Below are positions 62,001-64,000 of a stretch of 64,000 nt of DNA, piece after piece (within the stretch, counting starts at the first letter, position 1; each line of letters begins with the position of its first letter). Under the pieces are notes generated by a model. It made no database searches. It saw nothing but the letters and a program-made list of their open reading frames with translations, and was not told the origin of the DNA. Both the position numbers and the translations under genes were made by a program. Location: the NCBI GenBank assembly GCA_973895155.1, contig OZ316892.1, forward strand, positions 2,793,223 to 2,857,222, written 5' to 3'. The stretch is from Marsupella aquatica. Taxonomy: Eukaryota; Plantae; Marchantiophyta.

Positions 62001-64000
62001 CACTTCCATCATAGTGACCATGATTGTTTGGTCATTTTGGTTGAATTATTCATCATGGAATGTGGAGGGGTAAATTTTATTAGATTCATTTTCATTGCAT
62101 TATATAAAATATTAGAGCTTGTGTTTTTTGTGTCTCCTCCTTCTCTAGTTGCCTTGTCAGTGAAAACCTAAAAATTATTATAAGACTCATAATCATCAAA
62201 CTATAAGCCCAGACCTCCCATGGACCACCAAAATGTGATCCACAGGAGCATTGTGTCCAACGTGGTGGCTTCACTTTCCATGTGATACCAAAACTTATTT
62301 GATTGCAAACCTCATATGGACTGAGTGGTTTGTCCCGCCCATATCCATGGACTATGTAAAGTCATCAATCAGTTTACATGAGAAAGAAAAATGAACAATT
62401 ATTTTGGAAAGTCATTTCACTTTTGAGAAGGGCGCCTTGAGTAAGTTTTCTGTGCGCCTAGCCAGACGGTCAACTATTGGGTTTAGGTTCTGTGCATTTA
62501 GTTGGATAACTTTTACTTTTGATCAACATTTTTTGTTTGTTTGAGATTTTTGTTCCATTTACAATGAATACAAAAGTGGTCAAATATTATAAACTATTTA
62601 CCACCAGCTAAACTAATTGAAATCGGCTGCATTAGGAGCCCAGTTACAGGTCACCTTACAGTCAAAATTGTACAAGTTACTACACAAGTCTTTTTAATGT
62701 TCTGCACGAGTCCACGTGAGTTTTGGAAATCCATCTGAGCTTCATGAGCTTCACAGGCAAACCCCTCAACCCATCCAGGTGCTTTATATTCATATTATTC
62801 TCTTGTTTCTTTTTTTAATATAAAAAAGAATGTATACATTGAAAATCATTTGACATCAAGATGCTTAGAACATTTCTAAAATTCACAAATTATAAATATG
62901 TTGAGTTTTAACAAGCACTATAAAATATTTTGTTGATCTAAAACGATGCTCCCATGGACTGTAGAGAAAAATTACACAATAGGAATGGTTCTTGTGACAT
63001 TATTGAGAGTAAAATCCAGTCATCTGAGTTTCAAAAATACATGGGAGCATTTTGACACACCTAGAAACCCGGGCTTCATTTTCTTGTCGATCAGGTTACT
63101 TATTTATTCTGCGAAATAGGATAGCACGACAGTATAGCTAAGATACCAAACAGCTGAAATATTGCTAGCAAGGGACAACGTCATCTAATCTGCCCCAACC
63201 AAAGTCTTCATTGGGACTTAATTCGTAGTAGGCCTTACTATAGGAGTCGGTTTGGATAGTTAAGATAGAATAAAATCATGTCAAAAAGTGAGTAGATTTG
63301 GAGTTATCCACAACACGTTGCACACTGATCCATAAGTTTCACTGGTGTGGTCGTAATTCTTAAGGTTTATCCTTTTTCGCTAGGGTGGCTAATGTCACCT
63401 TGTGTGGAGAAGAAGATGATAGGGATAGTCTTTATCTAATTTTCCTAGAATGGTCAGATCTCCCTAGATTTAAGGATAATATTTCGATTCTGGCTAACTG
63501 CATATGTGGCTAGGTAAACTGTCTAGTGTAAGACAAAAAACCTAACAAGTTTTGGCCAAAAGTGGCAAAGATTTGTCAAAGAAGTGGAATCTAGCTAAAT
63601 TTTGCCACTAAGCAACATTCCTTTGTTGCTAAAAGCCTTGCTATGTGCCTGGGCCATATGAGCTTGGAAATGCTGGGGCGATCCCAAGCTGTGCTGGATT
63701 GCAGGGACTGGCCCCTTACACTTCAACACTCCTTATCTTATGCTCAGTTGGGTGAGGATGGAGTATAAGTCTCTAAAGGTTGTCCTTGGTCACTCACAGT
63801 ACCCACGTACATTGCAAGTGGCAAAAATCGCTCGCCCACATTGGTCAATAAACCCTCCAAATATCAGAGAACTTTACAGAGTCTAGTTTGGAAGATTTCA
63901 GGATTTATTGTCTTTAATATAGGGGCACTCTAATTCCATCATGACAATTACATGGATATATGGTTCACTAAAGTTTACTTGTCTCCATGCTCAAGTGGCA

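Overview
Repeat-rich nuclear DNA from a land plant, probably a non-seed or early-diverging lineage. That placement is inferred from plant-type spliced genes together with a retained COMMD gene and a CRE retrotransposon. There are three host genes: an intronless COMMD3-like CDS (1366-1962 +), a six-exon caleosin/peroxygenase (24998-27469 +) and a nine-exon USP-domain RLCK-VI kinase (36235-40296 -). Mobile elements are: a very young Ty1/copia element (6634-12664; identical 421-bp LTRs, TSD CCTAA, three in-frame stops, one at the gag/pol boundary) nested in a related solo LTR; a non-autonomous Bianca-like LTR element inserted into a ~125-bp tandem array; a decayed Crypton/DUF3504-type tyrosine-recombinase gene; a decayed RTE-like LINE; foldback elements; and an uninterrupted CRE-clade non-LTR retrotransposon ORF (55658-59053) preceded by ~190-bp tandem repeats. 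All calls come from reading the sequence by eye; no database searches or alignments were run.
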